Origin: Octopus sinensis
Lineage: Eukaryota
Direction: 5' to 3'
Assembly: GCF_006345805.1 (NCBI RefSeq)
Contig: NC_043015.1
Coordinates: forward strand, 46,934,001-46,998,000
Length of the DNA: 64,000 bases
Part shown: positions 1 to 11,694 of the stretch, piece after piece
Position numbering within the stretch: position 1 is the stretch's first letter
Layout: each line of letters begins with the position of its first letter
Position numbers and translations under genes: made by a program
The notes under the pieces: generated by a model
Seen by the model: only the letters and a program-made list of their open reading frames with translations
Databases searched by the model: none
Told to the model about the DNA's origin: nothing

Positions 1-1618
1 TAGGATTGGCATGAATATAGTGAAGAATTCCGGGTAGAATAGGTGTGCACCAAGGCCTCAGCCCTCAGTCCCCTTTTATTATCATAGTCCTCCAGGCAAT
101 AACAGAGGAATTCAAAACAGGATGCCCCTGGGAGCTCCTCTATGCTGATGACCTGGCTCTCATAGCAGAATCACTACCGGAACTAGAAAAGAAATTTCGG
201 GTGTGGAAGCAAGGGTTAGAATCAAAGGGCCTTAGAGTAAATGTAGCAAAGACCAAAGTTATAGTAAGCAGAAAGGCGAACTCAGCACACACCCCCTCGG
301 GCAGGTGGCCCTGCTCAATCTGTAGGAAGGTGTAGGTAGAAACTCCACCTAAGATGCACCCAATGTAAGCTATGGACGCACAAGAGTGCAGCAACATTAA
401 GGGAAATTAACAGATAAGATAGCTTTCATGTGCGGCAGATGCACAGGGACAATAGACACCCACAGACACTCAGAAAACAGATTCCATCACACTCCAGGGA
501 GAGAAACTAGAAGTAGTTGATAGTTTCCGCTACCTGGGTGACCAAGTTAGTAGTGGTGGTGGATGCCACAGAGGGTATCACCACTAGAATACGAATAGCC
601 TGGGAAAGTTCAGAAAGCTCCTACCCCTACTGGCGACAAGGGTCTCTCCCTCAGAGCGAAAGGTAGATTGTATGATGCATGTGTGCGTAACTGCCATGCT
701 TCACGGTAGTGAAACATGGGCTGTGACTGCAGAGGACATGCGTAAGACTTGAAAGAAATGAAGCTAGCATGATCCGCTTGATGTGTAATGTCAGTTGTGC
801 ATGCACGACAGAGTGTAAGCACCCTGAGAGAAATGCTGGATATAAGAAGCATCTGATGTGGTGTGCAAGAGCGAGGCTTGCGATGGTATGGTCATGTGCT
901 GTGGATGGATGAGGAGAGATGTGTGAAGAAGTGCCACTCCCAAACAGTTGAAGGTATCAGGGGAAGAGGTAGACCCAGGAAGACATGGGATGAGGTAGTC
1001 AAGCATGACCTCAGAGCATTAGGCCTCACTGAGGCAATGGCGAAGGACTGAGATCTCTGGAGATATGCTGTGACTGCAAAGACCCGGGCTGCTTCCTGCA
1101 TCAGTCCCGCATAGCCCCTGCCCATTCAAAGTACCCCGGATCCCAGAACATCCCGCTGTGCTTAAGGAGACCTGTTGAGTCAAGTACATGAACATGAACG
1201 TCGAAATAAATATCAATGGAAATAGTAGTTATGATGCCTGTGCCGGTGGCACATAAAAAGCACCATCCGAATGTGGCCGATGCCAGCGCCTCCCCGACTG
1301 GACCCTGTGCCGGTGGCACATAAAAAAAAAGACCATCCGAACGTTGCCAGCTCCGCCTTGGCTGGCTTCCGTGCCGCTGGCACGTTAAAAGCTCCAACCG
1401 ATCGTGACCGTTGCCGGATCCCCCCTGGCACGTAAAAAGCACCCACTACACTCGCAGAGTGGTTGGCGTTAGGAAGGGCATCCAGCCGTAGAAACTCTGC
1501 CAGATCAGACTGGAGCCTGGAGCAGCCCCTGGCTTCCCAGACCCCGGTCAAACCGTCTAACCTGTGCTAGCGCGGAAAACGGATGTTAAACGATGATGAT
1601 GATGATGATGATGATGAT
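1..1618 (+). mobile_element. RTE-clade LINE, 3' part (frameshifted RT and C-terminus, 3'UTR, (GAT)n tail); runs off the left edge
   Basis: ORF 45..335 has the RT motif LLYADDLALIAES followed by GRWPCSIC. ORF 863..1051 has RLRWYGHV-like and GRGRPRKTWDEVV motifs typical of RTE C-termini. The sequence continues into a UTR that ends in (GAT)n at 1592-1618. Confidence 0.9.
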
Positions 1619-2661
1619 ATAAAGCACCATCCAAACGTGGCCGTTGCCAGTGAACATCGAACCAAATATCAATGGAAACAGTAGTTGTGATACCTGTGCT
1701 GGTGACACATAAAAAGCACCATCCGAACGTGGCTGTTGCCAGTGCAGCCTCCACTGGCTTCTGTGCCAGTGGCACATAAAAAGCACCATCCGAACGTGAC
1801 TGATGCCAACCCCGCCTCGAATGGCTTCTGTGCCGGTGGCACATAAAAAGCACCATCTGGATGTGGCCGATGCCTGCACTGCCCCGACTGGCTTCTGTGT
1901 CGGTGGCACATAAAAAGCACCATCCGAACGTGGCTATTGCCAGTGCAGCCTCCACTGGCTTCTGTGCCGGTGGCACATAAAAAGCACCATCTGAACGTGG
2001 CCGATGCCAACCCCGCCTCGAATAGCTTCTGTGCCAGTGGCACATAAAAAGCACCATCCGAACATGGCCGATGCCAGCACCGCCCCGACTGGCTTCTGTG
2101 CCGGTGGCACATAAAAAGCACCATCCGAGCGTGGCCGACGCCATACCGCCTAAAGCACCAACCGATCGTGGGATCCCGGAACATCTCGCTGTGCTTGAGG
2201 AGACCTGTGGAGTCAAGTGCATGTACATCGAACCAAATATCAATGGAAACAGTAGTTGTGATACCTGTGCCGGTGACACATAAAAAGCACCATCCGAACG
2301 TGGCTGTTGCCAGTGCAGCCTCCATTGGCTTCTGTGCCGGTGGCACATAAAAAGCACCATCCGAATGTGACCGATGCCAACCCTGCCTCGAATGGCTTCT
2401 GTGCCGGTGGCACATAAAAAGCACCATCCGAACGTGGCCGATGCCAGACCCCTCTGGCACCTGTGCAGGTGGCATGTAAAAAGCACCCACTACACTCATG
2501 GAGTGGTTGGCGTTAGGAAGGGCATCCAGCTGTAGAAACACTGCCAGATCAGACTGGAGCCTGGGGCAGCCCCTGGCTCCCCAGACCCCGGTCGAACTGT
2601 CCAACCCGTGCTAGCGCGGAAAACGGACGTTAAACGATGATGATGATGATGATGATGATGA
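1619..2661 (+). repeat. Second 5'-truncated RTE 3'UTR with an expanded 67-bp tandem array and (GAT)n tail
   Basis: AAAAAGCACC recurs at 1711, 1778, 1845, 1912, 1979, 2046, 2113 and at 2282, 2349, 2416 (period 67). It ends in the same GGAAGGGCATCCAGC...GGACGTTAAAC(GAT)n terminus as the first copy. Confidence 0.85.
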
Positions 2662-2680
2662 TATATATATATAAATTTAT

Positions 2681-3075
2681 ATAAAGTGTACTAGCCATAT
2701 GAATGTGGCTAGCCACTGGGGGTGGGTATTACTGACGCTTTTAGCCCCAGGAGATCGTCGTCTCCAGCTGGCTTTAGACACAATTTCTGTGCCCTTATGC
2801 CAGCTGGAGACGACGATCTCCTGGGGCTAAAAGCGTCAGTAACACCCACCCCCAGTGGCTAGCCACATTCAGATGGCTAGTACACTTTATGTTGTCGAGC
2901 GGTTACTGTTTACATCTCGTTCGGAGATTTATTAATGCTTATATATAAATTATATTAGAGATAAAACCACCATTAGGCAAATCAATATCACTTATATTTA
3001 TACTGTGAAATTTGATTTAATCTTAAACCTAATTTTTCCCTGTAAATTTGGATTTACTCCCTAATATTATTATTA
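2681..3075 (+). mobile_element. Penelope-like terminal-repeat remnant beginning with a 92-bp inverted repeat
   Basis: Arms 2681-2772 and 2799-2890 are 90/92 complementary. The 3' end CTAATTTTTCCCTGTAA.TTTGGATTTACTCCCTAATATT(ATT)n is shared with the hammerhead-bearing element at 9366-9860. The PLE assignment is inferred. Confidence 0.5.
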
Positions 3076-3081
3076 TTATAA

Positions 3082-3116
<35 letters not shown>

Positions 3117-3365
3117 TAATTAAGTTACAAATATTGTTATCTGTGGAGTAATATCTGTAGTAAAAAGGAATGAGCTGTCTTTGGCTGCTATTTCTAAATT
3201 TTCAGTATGTGGTGAAGCAACTTGTTGCTTAACCCTTAATTATAATTATATATTAAAAAAAACTTTTTGTAAAAGTGTCTACCGATAATGGTTCTCTTTC
3301 CACACCAAAACTACTTGGTAAAATTTATTAATTATTAAATTAATAATTCTTTATCCTATATCTGT

Positions 3366-3705
3366 AATCATCATCATCATCATCGTTTAATGTCCGCTTT
3401 CCATGCTAGCATGGGTTGGACGGTTCAACTGGGGTCTGGCAAGCCCGAAGGCTACATCAGGCCAGTCAGATCTGGCAGTGTTTCTACAGCTGGATGCCCT
3501 TCCTAACGCCAACCACTCCGAGAGTGTAGTGGGTGATTTTATGTGCCACCGACACAGTGCCAGACGAGGCTGGCAGACGGCCACGCTCGGATGGTGTTTT
3601 ATGTGCCACCGACACAGGTGCCAGACGAGGCTGGCAGACGGCCACGCTCGGATATGGTGTTTTCGGTGTTTTTCTTATGTGCCACCGACACAGGTGCCAG
3701 ACGAG
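3366..3705 (-). mobile_element. 5'-truncated RTE 3'UTR copy
   Basis: (CAT)n followed by CGTTTAATGTCCGCTTTCCATGCTAGC...GGATGCCCTTCCTAACGCCAACC, the reverse complement of the UTR at 1420-1618. Confidence 0.8.
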
Positions 3706-4032
3706 AAGAACCATTGAGGTTCTTATGCTTATTCCATTATGTTTAGAGATAAGTGATGTCAGGAGTTGAGCATATTGTGAGGTATTTTATAAGTTGTTTG
3801 AGAGGGACGTAGAAAGAAAGCTAAAAGTGCAGAAAGATAAACAGAGACAAAGAAACTAGAAAATGGAGAGAGAGAGAAAAAAACGGAGTAGAGAAAAAAG
3901 AAAGAAATAGAGGAAAGAGAAAAAAGAAAGAAAAAAAAGAGAGAGAGAAAATCAAGACAAGATTGTTACTAAAAAAAGAAAAGAAGAAAGAATAAACTGA
4001 ACTGGACAACTATAAAAAGAAGTAAAAAATTT

Positions 4033-4468
4033 GGATCTTTTCCGTTTGAACGGCAGTTTTTTCTAGCGGTGTCATATGAAATTGTTACCAACAATTATGA
4101 CCCTAGAATCGATCTATTGCATTTCAATCTGTTTTAGGGTTGGGTTAGGGTTAGGGTTACGGTTAGGGGTGGTGGAAGGGAATCTTTTTTTTTCTTCAGA
4201 AATGTAAATAAACCCAATCTGTTTCTTAAACGAGGGACATATTCATACGGCACAGAATGTTTTCACCTCAATAGACGGTCATTGATTGGTTGAAATTGCA
4301 GAAATTGAAGAAAAAAAAACAACAAATATCTTACAAACTATAGAATTTTCTCAATAAAGTTAAGAGAAAAAGATGTTTTATAAACACATTCTACCAGTAT
4401 ACGAAGTTTAAAAGTTTTTAGTTACCTAGAAATTATGTTAAAAACTGCCGTTCAAACTGAAAAGATTC
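4033..4468 (+). mobile_element. MITE with ~27-bp TIRs, 8-bp TSD and internal (TTAGGG)n; Merlin-like
   Basis: Termini GGATCTTTTCCGTTTGAACGGCAGTTTTT and AAAACTGCCGTTCAAACTGAAAAGATTC; TSD AAAAATTT at 4025-4032 and 4469-4476. Confidence 0.8.
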
Positions 4469-5734
4469 AAAAATTTTCTAAAAATAATATTTAAGTGAAA
4501 TAATAAAATGAAAAATAAATAAATAAAACATCCAAAAGTTAGAGAAAGAGAAATAGCAAAAGACAAGAAAGTATGGCAAAAAAAAAAGAGAATATGTATG
4601 CATCACTAGTGACACCAGTGTGTATGCCACCTGGGGGTGGTACTTCAGTTTGCTGCCCCCCGGGCCCCCACAAAAATATGTATTAACTACAGCAGACCCA
4701 AAAGTGGTGTTAGCCCCCCCCCCCCGCAAAAGTGCTATCCATGATGGACTGCCCTCACTGCCCCATCTCTAGGTACGGTAGTGGTAGGTATGTATGCATG
4801 CATGAATGTGTTATTGTCTCCTCATCTTGACTCCATGGCACTGTTGTAAACAAGTGTCAGCATCATGAAAGTGGTATCCTTTGTTTCCAATCTTCCATGG
4901 GCGACTGATGGCCTTTCACAAATAATCTTGCCCTGACTTGCGCCTCGGAGGGTAACTTTCTAGGTGCAGACCCATGGTCATTCATGACTGAAGGGGTTCT
5001 CCTATCCTATTGTCTCCTTATCTTGACTTCATGGCATTGTTGTAAACAAGTGTCACTGGAAAATATTAACTTGCTTGGAAACAGGTGAAGGTTGGTGACA
5101 GGAAGGGCGTCCAGCCATAGAAAAATCTGTCTCAACAAGTTCCATCCAACCTGTGTAACCATGGAAAAGGGGACATTAAAATCAGGATGAGGATCTATTT
5201 TCAAGATGGAATGATAAAATCTGAAGGAGATTTAGTTGTCATTTCTCAAAGGCTGAAGCTTTTTTGTTTTGCCATGGCCACCCCCCAGAATCTACAAGCA
5301 CACAGAGACAGACTGAACAGTGGAGCATGTTTGGCATGTTTGGACTTTCAGACTGCGTCTTGTATGGGTCATCAGTCTATTTTGAAATGTCTAATATGCG
5401 TCTCAATTAAGTGGAGACTTGCTATAACTGGAACGAAAGATCAGTGAATCTAGGTCAAACCTCTTTGTATGAACAACTATCTTGTGTTCCCTAGGAGTGC
5501 TGGAACAAAGCCGACTTAGTTGGAGGGTAGTGGGGTGGCATGGGGGGGGAGGTTATACAACAGCAATACAATATCAATGACCATAAATGATACATATAAA
5601 AAAAAACAAAGGGAATATTCATATTTAAGGACGACAAAGAACAACAGAAGCATCAGTACCAGCAGATACTTATGTGGTCAAACAGGCAAAATAAAAGCTT
5701 ATCCACCATTTGCAAATGAATATATGGTTCTTTA

Positions 5735-5955
5735 TTACCCACAAGGGGCTAAACATAAAGGGGACAAACAAAGACAGACAAACGGATTAAGTCGATTACA
5801 TCGACCCCAGTGCGTAACTGGTACTTAATTTATCTACTCCGAAAGGATAAAAGGCAAAGTCGACCTCAGCGGATTTGAACTCAGAACGTCAAGACAAACG
5901 AAATACAGCTACGCATTTCGCCCTACGTGCTAACAATTCTGCCAGCTTGCCGCCT
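5735..5955 (-). mobile_element. tRNA-derived SINE, family M (central CCTTTCATCCTTTCGGGGTCGATAAA domain, Meta-domain-like)
   Basis: Reverse complement of the family seen at 10756-11395; B-box-like GAGTTCAAAT present. Further copies at ~14275-14508, 16725-17055, 26797-27025, 30785-31190, 31400-31545 and 50612-50748. Confidence 0.75.
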
Positions 5956-6605
5956 ATTTGCAAATGAATATAATCTGGTTGGTTAGGGTGGCAAGCTGGC
6001 AGAATCATTAGCATGCCAGGCAAAATGTTTAGCAGCATTTCATCTGTGTTTATATTTTGAGTTCAAATTCTGCTAAAGTCAACTTTAACTTTCATCTTTA
6101 CAGGTTCAATAAAATTCATTCCAGTTAAGAAGTTTAGTCGATGCAATCTACAGCCCCAAAAATTGCTGGCCTTTGTGCCAAAATTTGAAATCAGTATAAT
6201 CTGGTTGGTTGTAGCATGCAAATTATTTTAGGTGCTTGTGCAGACATCATAGGTACCCTCTCAGCCCATCCACCTTGGGCCTTCAGGAACATTGAGGATG
6301 TAATAGCAAGCAAGAGGTAGGGAGTGATTATGCTAGCAGTTGGCTAGAACTGGACAGTGCAACATGACAGAAAGTACCTTGTTCAAGGCCACAATACACC
6401 ACACCCCATCCAGAAATGGAACCCACAACCTTATGAGCGCAAGTCCAATACCCTAACCAATGGGCCACATATCTTCATACTAATGCAGTAAAACTACCAT
6501 AAATATCTCAGTTTTAGAATAGGTATACACCTTCCGCACATGTTAATGATAAAAAAAGAAGGGCCATCCAGCCCTTCCTATCTAGGATGCCTCAGACAAA
6601 CCATT

Positions 6606-7085
6606 TAGTTAGTTAGTTAATTTTTTGGCTCAAAAAGCAAAAAGCAAGGCCATGTAGGGGGACATGGAGTTATGTACAGGGTGGTGTTCATGTAAAGAGT
6701 TCAGGCCACTTGTGGTCAAGGGAGACTTTGAACTGAGCGGTTGTCAACATCTTCACTATCTCGTCCGGCAGCTTATTCCATGGATCTGCAACTCGGACAG
6801 AGAAAGCCCCTCTCCTTCGATTGAGATGAAATCGTCACAGATAGAGCTTTTCGGAGTGACCCCGCAGCCGATGCTGTGGAGCACAAGTGAAGAACAGCTC
6901 TTTCGAGAGGTTACACTTTCCGCTTATGATGTTGTGAGCAAGAATGAGATCACCACGGAGGCGGCGTTTTTCTAGAGAATAAAGGCCGAGCGTCTTCAGC
7001 CTTTCTTCATAAGACGAATGCTTGAGACCAAGAACCATGCGGGTAGCCAGCTTCTGGACTCTTTCGAGATGCAAGCAAAGAAAAG
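6606..7085 (-). mobile_element. CR1/L2-group LINE 3' fragment
   Basis: ORF 6835..7176 contains LERVQKLATRMV...YEERLKTLGLYSLEKRRLRGDLI, the canonical CR1 ORF2 C-terminus. The same family occurs at 15560-15970. Confidence 0.9.
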
Positions 7086-7584
7086 CAGATTGTAAAACAT
7101 TGCTGATGGTGGTGATAATGATGATAATGGCAATGATGATGATGGTGGTGATGGCAGCATTTATGCAATAAAACAAAAGAGAAACAAAAACATACTACCG
7201 AATATAAATCCGCTGACAGACACCATTATGCAAAACACCTGGAATAATTGCAAGTAGGTCCTTTCCATCTCTAAAATATCAAAAATATAAGATAGTGGTG
7301 TTAGATATATGGATAAGAGAGGAAATAGAAAGCTGCAGACATTAGATTCAGACATTCTGAGATCAGCAGCTTTAGGGCATTAGATTTTCAACTTCATAAT
7401 CTCTTAATCTTTACTCTTTTACTTGTTTCAGTCATTTGACTGTGGCCATGCTGGAGCACTGCCTTTAGTCGAGCAAATCGACCAACGGCCACGATCGGAT
7501 GGTGCTTTTTACGTGCCACCGGCAGGGAGGCCAGTCTCTTACTATGATAATGTTTTAGAGGTCAGAGGATTAAAAGATGAATGT

Positions 7585-7983
7585 ACTCTTTTACTTGTTT
7601 CAGTCATTTGACTGCGGCCATGCTGGAGCACCACCTTTAGTCGAGCAAATCAACCCTGGGACTTATTCTTTGTAAGCCCAGTACTTATTCTATCGGTCTC
7701 TTTTGCCGAACCGCTAAGTGACGGGGACGTAAACGCACCAGCATCGGTTGTCAAGCAATGCTAAGGGGACAAACACAGACAAACAAACACGCACTTACAA
7801 ATATATATATACATATATACGACAGGCTTCTTTCAGTTTCCGTCTACCAAATCCACTCACATGGCATTGGTCGGCCCGGGGCTATAGCAGAAGACACTTG
7901 CCCAAGATGCCACGCAGTGGGACTGAACCTGGAACCATGTGATTGGTTAGCAAGCTACTTACCACACAGCCACTCCTGCGCCT
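7585..7983 (-). mobile_element. tRNA-derived CORE-type SINE, family C (octopus OR2-like), full length
   Basis: Head GGCGCAGGAGTGGCTGTGTGGTAAG with B-box GGTTCAGTCCC, CORE-like CTTGGGCAAGTGTCTT, internal (TA)n/(CA)n and GAAACAAGTAAAAGAGT tail. The family name is from recall and was not searched. Confidence 0.8.
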
Positions 7984-8663
7984 ATCTGTAAGTCACTTCA
8001 ACATCCTTTTTAACATCCACTTTTCTGCTGAAGCAGGTTTTCTACAGCTTGTTGCCTTTCCTGTTGCCAACCCTACCCACTGCAAGCAAGGCAATATCTT
8101 GCCATAGCAAAATATGCTCCTACAGAAGATTGGAAATGAAAGTCACCACTTATATGACAGTGATAAATACTTACAACTGTCACATAATAGTGGGGGTCAG
8201 TCCCACAACATGGTACCTTGGGCAAGTGACTTCTACAATAGCCCTGGGTTGAACAAATCCTTGTGAATGGATTTGGTATACAAAAACTGAAAGAAGCCAA
8301 TTGTGTCCATTCGACCATCTCTCTCTCTCTCTGCGAAAAGATCTCAGAATTTTAACTGATTTTCGCAGGAAGGAGAGTTTCTTGTCGAAGATACGTCTCG
8401 CTTTTATCCTTCGAAACGTAGAGTAGATGAAACCATAGCAACTGAAGAAGGGGTTTTTTCTTTGTGTTAATTGTCCTGTACTCCATTTTTTGTTGTTTTT
8501 AAAAAAATGTCCAGTTCCTTTGGTTTGCGTCTATGTTTTCGTTTCTCTTTGTGTTCGACGTCCCTTTGGTGTCCTGTACTCATATATGCGTGTATATGTA
8601 CATGTAGAGGTAGGTACGTACATATATGTTTATATATATGCATATGTTTTATTTCATTTATTA

Positions 8664-8696
<33 letters not shown>

Positions 8697-9318
8697 ATAT
8701 AAATAAATAAATAAATAAATTCTGGGTTTCATGTTCCCCGACAGACAGGCCACTTGATCAGGACAAATTTGTGCAATTTTTTGCCAGAAATCATCGTTGA
8801 GGATTTTGTTTCCTTTTTTAAATTATTTACACGTCTGTTCAACCATTTCACATGACTTTATTCATTAAAACTTATTAAAACTTCAGAAGTTCTTACAACT
8901 TTGGTCGATGTTGTAATGCTTTGCTTTTGTTTGTTTAATAAAGATTCCTTCTCATAATGATTTTGCTTTCATTTTGTGATAGACAACTATTATGCAGAAA
9001 ATGCCAGCTTTCAAATTCTGTTTTCTGATTAGGTAAAATTGATTAAACTTTAAACCTCAGTAGCATTTTTCTGCAATTTTTCTGGAACGAATAAATAACA
9101 AAATCAGATTTAACATGGAAAATTATTTCAATATACCAAATTTGAAACTTTAGACATAATTTTAAAATTTCATGATATGTGACAGCAACAAAAGTAGAGA
9201 TATGGACAGTCATAGGATGTGACTCACACACACCACACACACTTACAAACATACACACAGGTAATCACAAGTTTAAAATGGTGTATAGTAGACATATTTA
9301 TGTATGTAAGCATGTATA

Positions 9319-9365
<47 letters not shown>

Positions 9366-9369
<4 letters not shown>

Positions 9370-10457
9370 TATTAGGGAGTAAATCCAAACTTACAGGGAA
9401 AAATTAGATTTAGGATTAAATCTAATTTTATAGTATAATATATATATTAATTAGAGATAAAACCACTATTAGGCAAATCAAACAGTGAAAATCATAAACC
9501 AATACATAGGAATAAAATTAATAATAAAAAATATAAAATATAAAATTCAAAATTTAAATTATTTAAATTTAAATTAAAATTAAAAAAACTATTTAAATTA
9601 ATAATTTATACTTATAAATTTATATATATATATATATATATTGTTATATTTCGGAATGGTCATATTGCCAGTTTAGCCAATAAAATCACATGCACTGTAT
9701 ATTTGGTGTTACTTTGCTTCAGTGTTATTTATTTTTTACATTAATCGTAATCTTATTTCGGCCAGAGTTCTTTCGTCACACTCCTGTGACCGCATCAGTG
9801 GTCCTTTGTTTTCTTCTTATTTTTGTCTCTCCTTACTAACCGTCAGCCATTTTGTATTTCTATTGTATGTCTTCATTTGCGCATGCTTATATCTCTATGT
9901 GCGTCTATGTTTATTTAGTGTGTGTGTGGGGGGGAGGATGCCTGTAATATTTGTATCTTCTGTTTATATACGTTCATGTAATTTGTTTTGTTGTTGTTTT
10001 TGTTTATTCTTATTTTGTTCATGTGTTTACATCCCTTTATTATTATCATTACATATGCTTGTATGTATGTATGTATGTATAACAACAATACTAGTAATAA
10101 TAATAATAAATAAAAAAAAAACCGACATAGAACAGATGCAACAATCAGACAAATTACAGAAGCTACACACGTAATAGAAAATAAACCTAGCCTGACTAGA
10201 AAACTAGAATGGAACAATAGTACACACCACAACATATGACGGTAGAGGATCCCGAAAACATAATAAATACACAGATAAATAAACAAATAGAAATAAATAA
10301 CTATATATATATTTTTTTTGGATTTATTATTATTATTACTAGTATTGTTGTTATACATACATACATACATACAAGCATATGTAATGATAATAATAAAGGG
10401 ATGTAAACACATGAACAAAATAAGAATAAACAGAAACAACAACAAAAATAAATTACA
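9366..10457 (-). mobile_element. Penelope-like remnant with a hammerhead motif and an internal ~145-bp inverted duplication
   Basis: Hammerhead fold at 9760-9804 (minus); inverted arms at 9977-10120 and 10312-10457; 3' end shared with 3030-3075. Confidence 0.55.
9760..9804 (-). ncRNA. Minimal type-I hammerhead-like motif with A9C core (single copy)
   Basis: Minus strand: GGACCA CUGAUGC G GUCAC AGGAGU GUGAC GAAA G AA C UC UGGCC. Stems I, II and a short III form; cleavage triplet CUC. Confidence 0.55.
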
Positions 10458-10519
10458 TTTTAACAAAATGTATGAAAGCTAAGTTTAGATCAAGCCCATC
10501 AGTGATAATGACAATGTGT

Positions 10520-10755
10520 TGTTGAAATAGCCACCATGTGCACCTGACTTGACACCTTGTGATTTTTTTCTGTGGGCTACGTGAAAGGACTGGTCTATAT
10601 CCCAGCTCTTCCTACAAGCCTAGAGGAACTCAAGCAGAGTACCACTGAGGTGTTAGAGAATGTTACGCAAGACATGGTACAGCATGTTAAGCAGGAGTTG
10701 GACTATTCACTTGACGTGTGTCATGTCACAGGTGGTGCGCATATTGAAAATAATA
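10520..10755 (+). mobile_element. Tc1/mariner (DD37D/DD41D-like) transposase 3' fragment
   Basis: (W>stop)PPCAPDLTPCDFFLW/GYVKGLVY...LEELKQ...GGAHIE, with one frameshift. Confidence 0.8.
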
Positions 10756-11395
10756 CAGAAACGTTAACACGCCGGGCGAAATGCTTAGCAGTATTTCGTC
10801 TGCCGTTACGTTCTGAGTTCAAATTCCGCCAAGGTCGACTTTGCCTTTCATCCTTTCGGGGTCGATAAAATTAAGTACCAGTTACGCACTGGGGTCTATG
10901 TAATTAACTTAATCCGTTTGTCTGTCCTCGTTTGTCCCCTTGTGGGCAGTAAAGAAATAAGAAATATTAGCACACAGGGCGAAATGCGTAGCCGTATTTC
11001 GTCTGCCGTTACGTTCTGAGTTCAAATTCCGCCGAGGTCGACTTTGCCTTTCATCCTTTCGGGGTCGATAAATTAAGTACCAGTTACGCACTGGGGTCTA
11101 TGTAATCAACTTAATCCGTTTGTCTGTCCTCGTTTGTCCCCTCTGTGTGTAGCCCCTTGTGGGCAGTAAAGAAATAAGAAATATTAGCACACCGGGCGAA
11201 ATGCTTAGCAGTATTTCGTCTGCCGTTACATTCTGAGTTCAAATTCCGCCAAGGTCGACTTTGCCGTTCATCCTTTCGGGGTCGATAAATTAAGTACCAG
11301 TTACACACTGGGGTCTATGTAATCAACTTAATCCTTTTGTCTGTCCTTGTTTGTCCCCTCTATGTTTAGCCCCTTGTGAGCAATAAAGAAATAAG
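10756..11395 (+). mobile_element. Head-to-tail trimer of SINE family M
   Basis: Three successive units GTATTTCGTCTGCCGTTAC...GTAAAGAAATAAGAAA(T), each lacking the extreme 5' end. Confidence 0.8.
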
Positions 11396-11694
11396 AAACT
11401 GAAAGAAGCCTGGTGTGTGTGAGTGTGTAGGGGGGGGGTATGCATGTCAGTGTGCGTGTATTACTGCTTCCTTGCTTTGGACATTGCTTGATAGTTGTAA
11501 ATCATTGTTCCAGTTATGCCAGTAGTATCCTTCGATTCCACTCTTCTGTGAAAATGGTTATAAAATCTACATCTCTCTGAAACTTTTGTTTGAATTTTGA
11601 TAAATAAATCGTTAATTGTTCAACATGAAACCTATTTAATTTTGTTTGCCTGGGACATGCAGTTACTCAGATATTCACATTTCAAATGATGTCA

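Noticed and set aside
1680-2470. CRISPR-like regularly spaced repeats
   Set aside because: The whole 67-bp unit repeats, with no unique spacers and no cas genes; the context is a eukaryotic LINE UTR.
1557-2604. Long ORFs of 309 and 311 aa
   Set aside because: They are translations of the tandem array on the antisense strand.
4131-4170. True telomere or chromosome-fusion site
   Set aside because: The short TTAGGG tract is internal to a MITE with TIRs and a TSD.
8330-8430. Possible hammerhead (AAGGA...TCCTT C GAAACGTAGAG)
   Set aside because: The 3' half looks right, but there is no acceptable CUGANGA or 3:8-covariant 5' core and no stem I.
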